NCBI RefSeq assembly: GCF_009914755.1
Contig: NC_060928.1
Reading direction: 5' to 3' (one strand)
DNA length: 64,000 nucleotides
Source of the DNA: the human T2T-CHM13v2.0 reference genome, Homo sapiens
The notes under the pieces are model-generated. The model ran no database searches and was not told the DNA's origin. It was given only the letters and a program-made list of their open reading frames with translations. Position 1 is the stretch's first letter; each line of letters starts with the position of its first letter. The position numbers were made by a program, and so were the translations under genes. This document shows positions 39,190 through 52,896 of the stretch, piece after piece.

Positions 39190-41030
39190 ATTCTGTTTCT
39201 GCTCACAACAAAACTTCTCTATATAAAGTAGTCTAAACTCAACTCTCTCCCATTTTTCTTTTTCTTTTTTTCCTGGGCCTCTCGTTAGTGCTTTCCCCTA
39301 ACTGTCCCACAGAAAATGCTCTTGCTAAGTTTATTAATATCATCAATGTTGCTATGTCTGATGGTCAAGTGTAAGTCCTTGAAGTATTTATCAGTAGTAT
39401 TTGACACAGCTGACTACTCTTTTATTCTAGAAATACTTTCTTCAGCTGGCTTCCATATTGTGTTTTATTCCGCTTATCTCACTTGCCCTTTTAGTATCCT
39501 TCCTTGTGCCTTCTCAGGTTCCTATATATTATTGTGGTATCCCAGGGTTCAATCCCTGTATCTCTCCTCTAAATTCACTTATTTGCCTGATAAAGTCATT
39601 CAAGCATAGCTTTAAATATCATCTATGCACAATGTTGATGGCTCCCAACTTCATATTTCCAATGCAGACATTTCTCTTCATCTCCAGACTCAAGTTCAAT
39701 AGTTGATGAATTATCAGTTCAGCAAATATTTATCTCTACTTCCATTACTAAAAAGTTTCAAATGTTTACCTGTCTAAAACCAAATACCTGATTCACATTC
39801 CCTATGACCTGTCTACTATGATCTTCTTAAACTCTGTGAATGTTAACTTTAATATCCCTGAAGACAAAAACCTTGGAATTATCCGTGGCTCCCCTCTTTC
39901 TTTTATATGCCACATGCAATTTGTTAGGAAAACCTGTGATATCTACTTTCAAAATATATCTAGAAGCAAATCATTTCTCACCACTACAACTCTGGTTCAA
40001 AATGTCATCACTTCTCACTGTCTGTTTCACTGAAAATAAAATTCGAAAACTTTCCAATAAAGCCTTAAACAATCTGAATCTGTCTTAGACTTCTAACTTG
40101 TTTCTTCTTATTACTCTATTTTGCTCACTCTGTTGTGTGTGGGTCTAAAAACTCTAGCACAGTCCCAGTTCCTGGCTTTTGTACTTGATATTTTCTCTTT
40201 CTGTAACCAAGGATAGATTAATGGGTTGGTATCCAGGGCAATCCCACACAAACCCACATTTAAAAGAGGACTACCGACTTTTAGTTTAATGCTTTATAGT
40301 CCCTCTATTGAAATTGTCAGTAATTTTGTCTTTGAATTTGTGTTTTATAAAAAGTCCAGTAGGAAAATGGAGCAATGTTATGGGCTGGGGGTCTTGGTTT
40401 ACATGAGATCCTACCTTCTCCCTTTTTCGTGCAAGTAAATTCTCAACGATACACTTTTCTGCCCACACTCAGCGTCACTGTAATTCTTTGCTTCCAGTGG
40501 GGACTTGGATGCAGAAACGGGGAGAGTGAGTGCACAAAGTCATGAAGCTGGGCCCCAGTGACCCCTGAAGGTCTATACTTGCCCAATAAGCATCCCATGC
40601 CCATAGAATTCTGTAATTAAATAGTAAATTTTAAAAATTCATGACAAGTTGTGACAGATATGGGAGAAAGGAAGAAGTTACTTTCCTACTTTTGAACAAG
40701 AGCCCCCCCACTTTCATTTTTCACTCACTCAACAAATTATGTAGCCAGCCCTGCTTATAACATTATATTTCCAGAAGTATACATGAGTAATTCATTCACT
40801 TTCTTTAATTTTTTGCTCAGAAAGGACCCTTACATCGAAATTTTCAACGACCACCCTTTTAAGAATCAACTTTTCCTCCAAACATACACTTTCAAACTCA
40901 GGAACTCAAACTATTCCTTAAATTTCTCTCCAGAGTATTTCTCATTATCCAGCATACCATATAGTTTATTTATTTATTTATTTATTTATTTTTCTTCATC
41001 TGTGTCTCTCTACCCAATATCAGTCCTGTG
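39190..41030 (+). mobile_element. L2 (RT remnant to 3' region), interrupted by MER45
   Basis: ORF 39316-39609 LSVVFDTADYSFILEILSSAGF resembles the L2 RT motif DLSAAFDTVDHSLLLETLSSLGF; aaaaccttggaattatccgtggctcccctctttc. Confidence 0.8.
40208..40753 (+). mobile_element. MER45-family hAT-Tip100 transposon (deleted long form)
   Basis: gtttaatgct...ttgaaatt; end ttttgaacaagagcccccc...ttcatttttcact...caaattatgtagccagccctg. Confidence 0.7.
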
Positions 41031-41921
41031 AATTAACATTTTGATCATTTCTATTGGTTTTAAAATAATCACATGTTTCGTGGAATCTGATTACCCTATT
41101 TTTATAACAAATCTTTGTAGTTGAGGTCTCTTGTGTTTAACCTGTGAAAGCATTATCAATCGTTAAGGGCAATTTACCCAACAAACACCTTTATGGCTAT
41201 CCATTAATTGGTTCCAACTATAGAGCACAGAGGATTAAGTCCTGGCCAGACTGACACATAGCAGTTCAAATAGAGAGTGTATCTGGTTCTGCCATTTCAA
41301 CTTAAAAAAATCAAAGGTGAAAAGAACAATGTTTCTCCTGGTTTATAGCAACAAATATTAATAAAAGAGGCAACTCTTTCTTTTTTAGGATACGCATATA
41401 AATACATCATATTTATCTAAACTATAGAATATATTTAAAAGGTATATTTTGTTTATATCCATATATGAATTCATACATTTACACGTTTTAGCCAACTTTT
41501 AAAGGAAAATTTATTTTGTTTGGTTGATCCTTTGTAAATGAATGGGTGTTTTTGCTATTTCAGTGGTATTTTGTGTGAGATTTTCAATTCTATTGAAATA
41601 ATCAGGCTTTAGAGAAGGAACAAAATTATGGAGCAATGAACCATGTTAGAAATTATTCTGTATATTTCATGATATTATGTAAAAAGCTATTTGATTCTAC
41701 TACGTTTTTAATTTCAACTCGTTAATTCAAAATTAAAATCATAATTGAAATTTCTTCCATATGATTTAAAAACAAAAGCACAAAAAGCTTTAGTGCATTT
41801 AGAAAACTACAATGGGCAGTAGCACAAATGGAAACATTTAAAAGTTTGGACTAAAGTAATTGTAAGAATCTTGACAAGCCACCCCTAACAAGACAACATT
41901 GAAAATTGGAAGACGAGTCCT

Positions 41922-42035
41922 ACTTTAATTCATTACCTCAAAATGTATTTAATGAACACATAGTATGTGTTAAGGACTCTCCTATACACTTGGAACATAA
42001 CAATAATAAAACACAGCAAAAATCTCAGCCTCCTA
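41922..42035 (-). mobile_element. L2 3' end
   Basis: ttcatt...aaatgtatttaatgaacacatagtatgtg...aataaaacacagcaaaaatc. Confidence 0.55.
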
Positions 42036-42839
42036 CATCATGCAATGAACTGAAAAAGGTGAAAGTGATTACTAGAAGAAAGCAACATTTGGAAGGAGAG
42101 TTGAAGGAAGCTAAATGCACAGTACATGCATGGCAAGAAATCTGCTGAACAAAACAAATTACCTAACACTCCCAGAATGACTCACTGCCTTGGGGAAATA
42201 CATAACAGAACACAAAGAAGAGGAAAAAAATCAGTGAAAACTGCAATCATAACAACTACAAGACAAATGATAACTGAAAAAGAGAAACTCAGTAAAAATA
42301 TTGTAATAGAACCAATCCCATGCAGCACACAAATTAGATTTTCCAAGAAGCCAGAGAGGAAAAGCCAAATGTTGACAAGGAAAATGATGAGCCAGGATCA
42401 ATCATCCATTTTAAACAACAGGCTTTCCTGTGATTCTCTAATTTTCAGAATAAATGTCTTTAACAGAGTTAAGTCATACAAGTAAAATAAAATTTCACTG
42501 AATAAACAACCAACTACCTGAAAATGAATAAAGCTCAATCTAGAATGCACAGTAAACTTGGTGCCCAAAGAAATTTTACAAGAAAATAATTCATAAATAC
42601 TTTTCCTTAAGTGTCAATTTTAATGTACATATAGGATCTTAATTTTCATGTAGAATAACATATATTGCCCCCAAATGCAGCTGTCTTCCAAAACAAAACA
42701 GTTGCTTTAAAAATTCAGTATAGATTGTATATTGGACTGTCTTCCTTCTCATTTATGATTCCATGTACTATGGAGTTACAAATTCATATTTAACTTAATC
42801 TGATTATAAAACATAAACTATGGTAAAAAGTATAGGTAA

Positions 42840-43480
42840 GTTATTTGCGAGCAACTCAGCTGAACTAGAGAAAGGGCCGAGTTGCCAGATATCAGAGTAG
42901 TCTACTAAAGCTATAAGGAACCAAAATAAAAGTAACAGTGAAGCCTTTGATACGTTACTATGAAGGTGTAAGCAAAAGGATAAAACTGGAGAAAGTGCTG
43001 ATCCCTCCCTGTTTTATTTCCCCCCAGGGAACTCGACTCTAGTTGAGGGTCACATGGATCAGTATAGATACATGGGTCATCTTAATATTCAGGGAAACCC
43101 AAACAAAAGGCTCCATCAGTTTTATGGACCCTGGAGTGGGATGAAAGACTGGGGTTAGGGCTGGGATAGCAGAGGTACTGGGTACTGAGTCACAGTGGGG
43201 AAAAGTGTCCTCATGTTTTCCCCCTCCTATCTCCATAAGCAGGCCTTGGCAGAGGTGCCTGAAGACTTCTGCCAGCAGAATGAAGGACTCTGGGCCAGGA
43301 ATGCAAATATGAATGCAAACATGCACAAGCTCATGACTAGCCAGAAGGGCCCCAGTCCTTGACTGCAGCTCCCTTCAAAGCCTGGGGTACACTCAGTGCT
43401 GTGCACCAAGTCTGATGTGAAGAGGGCAGCTTTTCCCCATGAGGACTGCCAGGTAAAGCCTTTGTAATTCCCTATGGTCA
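42840..43480 (-). mobile_element. Old ERVL LTR (MER74/MER73-like)
   Basis: GC-richer block; minus strand cccttctggctagtcat...caggcacctctgcc...aaaggcttcactgttactttt...ctggcaactcgg resembles MER74-family LTRs. Confidence 0.45.
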
Positions 43481-44039
43481 AGCTTGAAAAACAACATGTA
43501 GGTTTTTTAATCAGATTCCTTACTACTTTTAAAATCAACATGAATTATGAAAACCAAGAGTAAATGCCAACCACCACGTTATGTGCTCAAAAATAAATAA
43601 ACATCTCAGGAAGTTGCTGTTTCTTAACAAATCAAAATGGCTGATTCCTCACTCTGTGATTAGAAGAACCTGCCTCACACTATTGGAATGTAGCTTATAG
43701 ATTTTTGAGGGGACCAGCAAGTCAATACTTCTCTTTACAGTTCACAAAAGAGAAATAAGCAAGAATCAACACTTTATTACCTCACAGTCTACATATTTAG
43801 TTGACTATTTGAATTTGTATTGGATGACTACAGGCATCTCTTTTTTAATACGAAAATGAAAGACAGATTTATTATTTTTCCTTGCCTGACTGTGTCTTCC
43901 TTCATGTCTTCTCTTTAGGTGACCCAGTTTATTTGCTTGTGGTAGAAATCAAGTCCTTCTTGATATATCTTGCTAAACAATGTTTTATATTTAACTTACA
44001 AAAAATTATTTTAAGATTTAGTTCTTTAAGTCTTTAATT

Positions 44040-44945
44040 TCTCTACATTCCATCTACTGTTCAGCACTATTTTTTCAGTTAACAACATCTTCCAAACTAA
44101 TATCATCTCTCATCTAGAAAACTAATAATAACTATGAACTAATGTCCCTGCACCCACATCTAAACTGTTATTTGCAAAGTGTAAATCTGACCATGTCATC
44201 TTCGACCTCCCAGTGTGCTTAATTCCTGTCATTAGCATTCCATGGTTTTTAAAACAAAGGCCAAAGTCCCACAAAACCTTACATGACACACCCACTGCCT
44301 AACTCTGCAGACTCCTCTTTATCTATATTTATTTTTTCTAGACAAACAAGTGTTTCCAGTGCTTCAGTCATTCTATGCTACTTGATATCTCAGGATTTTG
44401 AACGTGCTGTTCCCTCTGACCTCTTTCCAACTCCTATTCAAACTCAAGTCAAAGACTCGACTGCGGGACAGTGGATTGTGGCTTTTTTTTTTTTTTTTCC
44501 AGGCTGGAGTACAGTGGCAAAATCTTGGCTCACTGCAACCTCCGCCTCCTGGGTTCAAGCGATTCTCCTGCGTCAGCATCCATCTGGCATAGCTGGGACT
44601 CCAAGCATGCACCACCACGCTTCGCTATTTTTTTTTTTTTTTTTGTATTTTTAGTAGAGATGGGGTTTCATCATGTTAGTCAGGCTGTTCTTGAATTCCT
44701 GACCTCAGATGATCCACCCACCTCGGCCTCCCAATGTGCTGGGATTACAGGCGTGAGCAACTGTGGCTTTTAAAAATATATCTTTACCACACTTAGCATC
44801 ATATGCCAATTTTCCTCATATGATTAATGACTGTCACTCCTGAGACTGTGTTCTAAGCTGCAACTATGGCCTTTGTGCTATTCATCTGGCTGTTTTTCTC
44901 CAAGGAAAATTATAAATAAATATCTTTGGAATGAATGAATGAAAG
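44040..44945 (+). mobile_element. L2 3' region interrupted by Alu
   Basis: tgtaaatctgaccatgtca...gctgttccctctg; ends aataaatatctttggaatgaatgaatgaa. Confidence 0.65.
44483..44762 (-). mobile_element. AluS (right arm 3' end deleted)
   Basis: Poly-T directly followed by ccaggctggagtacagtgg; ends gctgggattacaggcgtgagc. Confidence 0.9.
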
Positions 44946-45865
44946 TCATATTTGTGGTATTGTTTTATTGACCTTTCATTTGTTTTCCTACTGCTTACTC
45001 TTTTATGTACAGATTTAAATCTACCCAAATGACTTCTAATAATATATTACAGATGACTAGAGAAGACAAATGAGGCTCTGAGTAGACATCATTTAGGGAA
45101 GATACATGTTTGACCAAAGTGGACTATCCTGCAGGAAAACTAGGAACATTTTCCTCCATTCCATGGTGTTCTATGTTGTGTTTGATAGAAATTTAGGGAA
45201 AAGGTACATAATAGGTTGTATATAAATGAGCTACTATCTGTTTTGCTATTTGTAAGCCTATGGCAATATCAGGAACCACTAGAAATATAATTTTAGCATA
45301 AAAGCAATATTTTAAATACTTTTTTCAATGACTATTGACTATGGTACAAAATAAAATCTTAAATATGTATGCATTTTGTTTATGTTACTTTATGTAATAT
45401 CTTTGGATAAGTTTATTTTGTTGCTATAAATATATCTTTTCCCATTGGACCTGTAAGTCTCAGGTCTTAGTGTAGGTGAATCTCCATTAATGTATAAGAT
45501 AAACTCTTGAAATTGCTGTGTAATTCACTTGGGAGTTAGGGAAGATTTATTTATTGGGCTAACTATTTAAAGCTAGTTCATGATTAATGCAATTAATCAT
45601 CCTGATGATTTACTAATTTTAATTATTGCATATTGAGTCTTCTGGTATTAATCATTGTATATTGAGTCTTCTTTATGTGGGGAACATAAAGCAGACGAGT
45701 TTGTGTTTTCCTTGCCTTATTCAATTTATTTTCATCTCGAAAATTATAATAAATTTGTGCTATCTGTTACAAAAATACTTTTAGTACTTTTATTTATCTT
45801 AAATTATATTTTTCCAAATGAGGGCATATATTGTTATTTTATAGAAAGAAAGTACAACACTATAG

Positions 45866-46197
<332 letters not shown>

Positions 46198-46664
46198 TTG
46201 AAAAATTCTGGGTCTCTTCTTCCTCGAGTTGTCCACTTAAGATTAAAAATACTAACATTTTGTTCAGCTATTTATCCAGCAAGTAATAATTACCAGTTAA
46301 CATCACTGAAAACATTTGAATATAATGCTTTGTGAGTACTTTATTCTGAAAACAAATCCAGAAAGTAATTCAAGAATCAAGAAACTTTAGCTTGTTTGAA
46401 TTTTCTCTTTTTGAATTAGACCTAAGAGATCTATTGAGTCATGGTATGAGGATGGAAAACTCTAGAAAGAATTGACATGACCATTTTGCTTAATAGACTG
46501 TGGTTGTATTCGTTGTTTTTAAATAGCTGTAGTGGTCTTAACTTGTTTTTGTGTCTTTAAGATTACATAGGTCTACTGGACAAAATCATGAAAATCTGAA
46601 TTTGAAATTAAATTTCTCTGTAATTTCATGAACAACATTTTAGTGGTTACAACAATATAATTTC

Positions 46665-46789
46665 TTTTTTTAATGTTTTTAATTATTATTATTATACTTT
46701 AAGTTTTAGGGTACATGTGCACAATGTGCAGGTTAGTTACATGTGTATAAACGTGCCATGCTGGTGCGCTGCACCCACTAACTCATCTA
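46665..46789 (-). mobile_element. Very short young L1 3' end (L1PA2-like)
   Basis: ttatactttaagttttagggtacatgtgcacaatgtgcaggttagttac...gctggtgcgctgcacccactaactc. Confidence 0.9.
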
Positions 46790-47899
46790 AATAAATCTAT
46801 TATGAGGCAGACACTGCTTTCTATGTTTAAGAGAATATCAGGTTCCAAGGTGCCATTTAAATAAATCATATTGTCACTAAGCCTTTATTTTATAATGTAT
46901 TTTGTATTATTTTCATTGGTTTATATTTTGCTTTAGAATATATGATTAACTCTTAGTCATACATATTACCCAAACATGCACTTCTTATGGAACATTTCAA
47001 TAGACAAAATCACATAGTAGAAACGTTTTCTGTGGATTGTAAATAAATTCATTTCTAATACATACCCTCTTCTGCTCTTTGGGACTAACACATATTCCTG
47101 CCAAATAATACATTTAAAAAAAGTTGTCTCTTAGTGGCAGAAATAAACCATTAGTTTTTCCACAGCTTGTCTATTAGTAGGCAAAATTACAGAAATTTAC
47201 ACAAATATTCGGAAATAGTCTCCCTTTACAAACATTACCTTTCCTCAGTGAATTTAAGTATAAATATTACTGATACTGTACTAAGATAATTAACAGAACT
47301 ATGAAGTTTTTAATAGAGAAAGACCTGATGTCTATCCTGTGGCAGCATATAACTTCACAAAAAGAAGCTTTAAAAAAATTTCTGAATTTTAATTATTGTA
47401 TACTTAATAATGAGCTTTTTTTTCTTATTCTGATTCAAAGGAATACACATGACCACATATGCATGCACGTCTATTTTTATTTGGATGACCAATGATTTCT
47501 AAGAATATTTTAGTAAACAAAACTAAAAATATATATATATTTTTTAGCTTTTTGCAGCTACCATCAGAATAAAATTTAAAATTTAGTCTCAATATCTTAA
47601 GAAATGATAGCTAAAAGGTCGTCTTATGGTACAGAAAACGAATATTTTTACAAGGACACGAGGGTATTTCTGCGTAAAGACAGACTATTCTGTTCAGAGA
47701 AATTAGCGGTGAAGTTTGAACTCAAAAAAATTGCAACATAAAAATATTAAATATGATGAACAGGCAATGCTCAAAAATCTCAGAACCTTGAAATACAAAA
47801 GTATCCCTTAATGTTTGAAAAGTATATATTTAGTATTATTAGCAGTTGTAATGAGTCTCGATATTCCATTTTCATTTGTTATTTTCACTACTGTTTTAC

Positions 47900-48080
47900 A
47901 TAATCCTCTTAAATTCACCAGCTTTTTCTTTCCATCAAACCCTAGAGGAAGTGGGGCAGGCATTACTATACCTACCTTCAAGGTAAGGAAACAAACATTT
48001 AGAGAAGTCAGTCCTGTGATATATATTAGTAACATACTAAGTGGTACAATCAACATTTTATGCCAAAGGTAGTAAATCAG
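47900..48080 (-). mobile_element. MIR
   Basis: aaccctagaggaagtggggcaggcattactatacc...ggaaacaaacatttagagaagt. Confidence 0.5.
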
Positions 48081-48104
48081 ATACGTTTCAAAATTTTCGT
48101 CACA

Positions 48105-49040
48105 AGCGTACACATGGCCAACAGATATACGAACTAATGCTCATTATCATTAATCATCAGAGAAATGCAAATCAAAACCACAATGAGATAGAGATATTAT
48201 CTCACTTCAGTTAAAATGGCTTTTATCCAAAAGACAGGCAATAACAAAGGCTGCAAGGATATGGAGAAAGTGGAATCCTCATACATTGTTGGTGGAAGTG
48301 TAAATTAGTAAAGCACTATGGAGAACAGAATAAAAATTAAAAAATAGAACTACCATATGATTCAGCAGTCCCACTGCCATGTATATATCCAATAGAAAGG
48401 AAAGGAGTATATTAGAGAGGTATCTGCACTCCTGTGTATATTGCATCACTGTTCACAATAGCCAATGTTTGGAATCAACCTAAGTGTCTATCAACAAGTG
48501 AGTGGATAAATAAAATGTAATATATATACAAAATGGAACATGATTCCATTAGACTGAGCCATAAAGAATGAGATCCTGTTATCTGCAACAACAGTGATGG
48601 AACTAGAAATGATTATGTTAAGTGAAATAAGAGCATGCAAAGAGAAAGTTCACATGTTCTCATATGTGGGAGCTAAAAATTAAAAACAATTGAATGCATG
48701 GAGAAAGAGAGTAGAACAGTGGTGATCAGAGGTTGGAAGGAGTAGTAGAGAGTAGGGAAAAAAACTGGGAATGGTTAATGGGTGCAAAAATAGAATAAAT
48801 AAGGCCTAGTATTTGTGCAACAGGGTGAATGCAGTCAAAAATAACATATTGCATATTTTAAAATGATTAAAAGAGTGGAATTGGTGTGTTCTCAACACAA
48901 ACAAATGATAAAGGCTTAAGGTGATGGATTCCTCAATTACCCTGATGTGATTATTGCACACCTTAAGCCTCTATCAAACCTCTTATATCAAATATATACA
49001 CCTACTATGTACCCATATAAATTAAACATGAAAAAATTAA
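48105..49040 (+). mobile_element. L1MA (L1MA2/3-like) 3' end
   Basis: agttaaaatggcttttatccaaaagacaggcaataac...gatggattcctcaattaccctgatgtgatt...cacctactatgtacccata. Confidence 0.88.
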
Positions 49041-49507
49041 GTTTTTGTCACAGGAATCTTTTTTCAAATAAAATATTATACAGAAGCCCAAATCCAAAGC
49101 AGATTCAATGACAAATTTATCTTTGAAAACTACTGTAAGAAAAAATGGAGTGTACATAATGGGTTTTCCTTCCTGTTCGTATTCCACATAATTACTTTTA
49201 GCAAAAAAAATTACACAAACAAATCATATTATACAAACAAAAGCCACATGTACACACCCCATTTTTGAGCCAATAATAAGGCATGTGTAGGTAGCACAAG
49301 TGTAGAAATATACTGCATTTTAACATATATGAAGCCTTCCTAAAAAAGTACTTGAGAGCTCAGCTGTGGATTCTTCATTTTAATTAATGCCCTGTTAATA
49401 CCCTATCAAATTAATTAATTGTTGCCATTCTCTTTTCTAAACCAATGTTTAAAGGATAATAATAAAAGAAAAAATAATAATATGCTAGAAACTTAAAACA
49501 GATATGA

Positions 49508-50020
<513 letters not shown>

Positions 50021-52896
50021 TAGTGAGACATCAAATGACGTGAAGGGAAGTGACTGTTTTTCCCACCTTTTTAAAAAACCAAAAATATTTCTTATATGAT
50101 TATTTTATATTTTTTATAGAGACAAATTCCCACAAATTTAGATTGTTAAATTTTATTTTTATAATATTGTTACTTTGGAAAGACAGTGAAATTTGGTTGA
50201 GCTCAGTGCTGTAGAGATATATAGTGATCTGATTTCACACTACTTTGGCTCACTCATTGGCTCAAAAACCTCACAATAATTACTCATAAAAGAATAATTT
50301 GAAAAAATTCACCTAAACTAACATATTGCACATAAATTCCTAAGGTACACTCCCACCTTCATTTCCAATTAAGAACTCCTGGCTAAGAAGTTTAAAAATG
50401 TGTAACGACTTTTAATCCATTCCTTTCAAAATTCTTTGCTTTAATATTCTCCATATATATCTCTATCTATCTATCTATCTGTTCAAAAACCAACATATAT
50501 ATATATACATATATATATATCCCCTTACATATTTTTAACCTTGCATCTAAAATTTTTGTCATGAGTATAAGTGGTTAAAACCACTTATACTCTATAAAAC
50601 CACTTATACTCTATAAAAAATATAAATGATGTAATTTCTGTTGCATTTAATAAATTTTGATTAAATTTAAAAACAAAATTGCTACCTCACCCATTTAAAT
50701 TTTTTTAAAAAAACTAAAATGCCATAGCAAATTGATATATTTAAAAGATTAAAGCTGAAAATCAAATTTCTTAGAATCCCAAAGCAAAAATTAGATAGGC
50801 AATCTAGGCTAAATGTTGAAATGTGTGACAAGCACTAGCTGAAACACAAAGACAAGGAGATTGTTGCAACTTTCTCACACTGGTAAGTCCCGCTATCAGT
50901 TAATTAGTAAGGACAAGTTGAAAATTTTATATATAGCTGCAACATAATATACTCACCTTATATAGTAGTATGCTTAGGATTTTTATTATAGGATATGAGG
51001 CAACTTATTCTCAAGTATTTTTTAATTCATATAATACATTTTCTAATAATCATATTTGCTTCATTTTAATTAAAGTCAGAAAATCTTACACTAAATCAGA
51101 CTTTAGTTGTTGTTCGTATCTTCTTCTTATTTTAATCTTTCATTCCCATCCTTCAGTAAACAATAATTATTTTCAGTCACTAGCATAGAGTTTAAGTTTG
51201 GCTTTCTGGCCTTATATAACTGGGAGATAGTTATTAATCAGTATGGTAAGGCATTCCTGAAATGAAATGGCTTATAAATCTATTTATCAATCCTGACATC
51301 TATATTTGACATATAGTGTAGGAAATAAGTGCTTCTTAATTTCTTATGGTGATATTTTCTGATGGTAACTAAAGATCCTACTTAGATGAATATAGGCAAG
51401 ATGGAAGGATGAAATGAGAGATTAAACTGGATAATGCTGTGGTCTTTGGTTGACTTACTCTGCATTTGTGTAGGAAGGGTGGGTATGCTAGTAATTTTTA
51501 AAGAATTAATGTTCTTTCATGAATACCTTTCTTAGATCAATAAATTACATAATGACTAACAGGACAAGAGTTCAAAAATTATGAGTGAAAAGACCAATCT
51601 ATGATGTAGTTACTATTTATTAGAAGCAGAACATACTTTAAAATTGATATCTACAACATTGCCCTCAAGGCTTACACTACCATTTCAACTCATTCCCTCA
51701 TGAACAACATAAGGCTGTTTTATGAGTGATCTCAGCCATTCTTCATTCTACTATAGATGTCCACTGTAGAGTAATATATTGCCACTCTAAAAAGAGGCTT
51801 CTGGTGCTATTGACTAAAACTAAAACAATATCAACTAGATGACAAAAATTCTCAAATGATAACTCCTTAATAATGTCAAATTGCAGAATAATGGTATTAA
51901 AATCACATTGGTTGACAAAATGTGATATGAAACATGAATATTAGTAAGGCATGTGTTCAAAGTTGATATTTTTATTATTAAAAAATGTGTTTCATATCTT
52001 TGACAAATCAGAATTAAAACCCTGGCTATACTATACTAATCTAACTTCACTTGGAAAATGAGGTATTCTTTATAGTTGTATAAGCATAAAATACAATTAC
52101 AAATTTTTGGTAACATACCAGTTAAAGAAGTTAACAACAATATTTTAAAATGTGAATGAACTTCTTGTCTTCTGCTTGAAGCTCTGTTTAAAAGTCACTT
52201 TTCTCCACTATAATAATAAGCCATGTTTATTTGGCATTTTCAAATTAAAATATGGTGTATGAATAAGTATGCCTAAGAAAGGTAGAAAAGTTTAAAAAGA
52301 ACCAATGTCTTAAAACCACGAAAATGTTGACCAAGTTATTCTATATTTAATATTATTATTCTAAACACAATGTTACAAATGATGCTTTAATGTAAAGTAT
52401 AAAATTCATTTCGTAAATTGTTTAGGAATATGTGATCACTATCCATATTTCAACTCCAGGTGAAATAAGTATGTAATAATACAGAATGTTCCTACAGTAA
52501 GTAGGAAGGAGAATTATTTCAACAGAAAGGTTATCAACCTAAAAAATGATAATAAATATATGTTAAAAATTGAATGGAAATACAAAATATGTGAATAGCA
52601 TCTATATTTCTCTGCTTTAGTTATAATCATGTATTGACATAATTTTTCTTCAAATATGTATTAAAGAGAATAAACTGCCTTTAGACTAACAAAAAACAGT
52701 GTGAGATTATAGTGTTGCATAACTTACTATACTTTGATACTATTTTAAAAATATTACTAAAATATTTTCAGGAGACACTTTGACATTTAGCTAACAAAGC
52801 ATTCTCTTCAAACTTGATGGTAAACGCTAAGTAGATAGTTACTTCCTATGGAAGTTGTAAATATAAAATAACCATCATTTTATTCACCTTGCCATT

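Noticed and set aside
42126-42485. 119-aa ORF in unique A-rich DNA
   Set aside because: No recognisable domain; consistent with a chance ORF.
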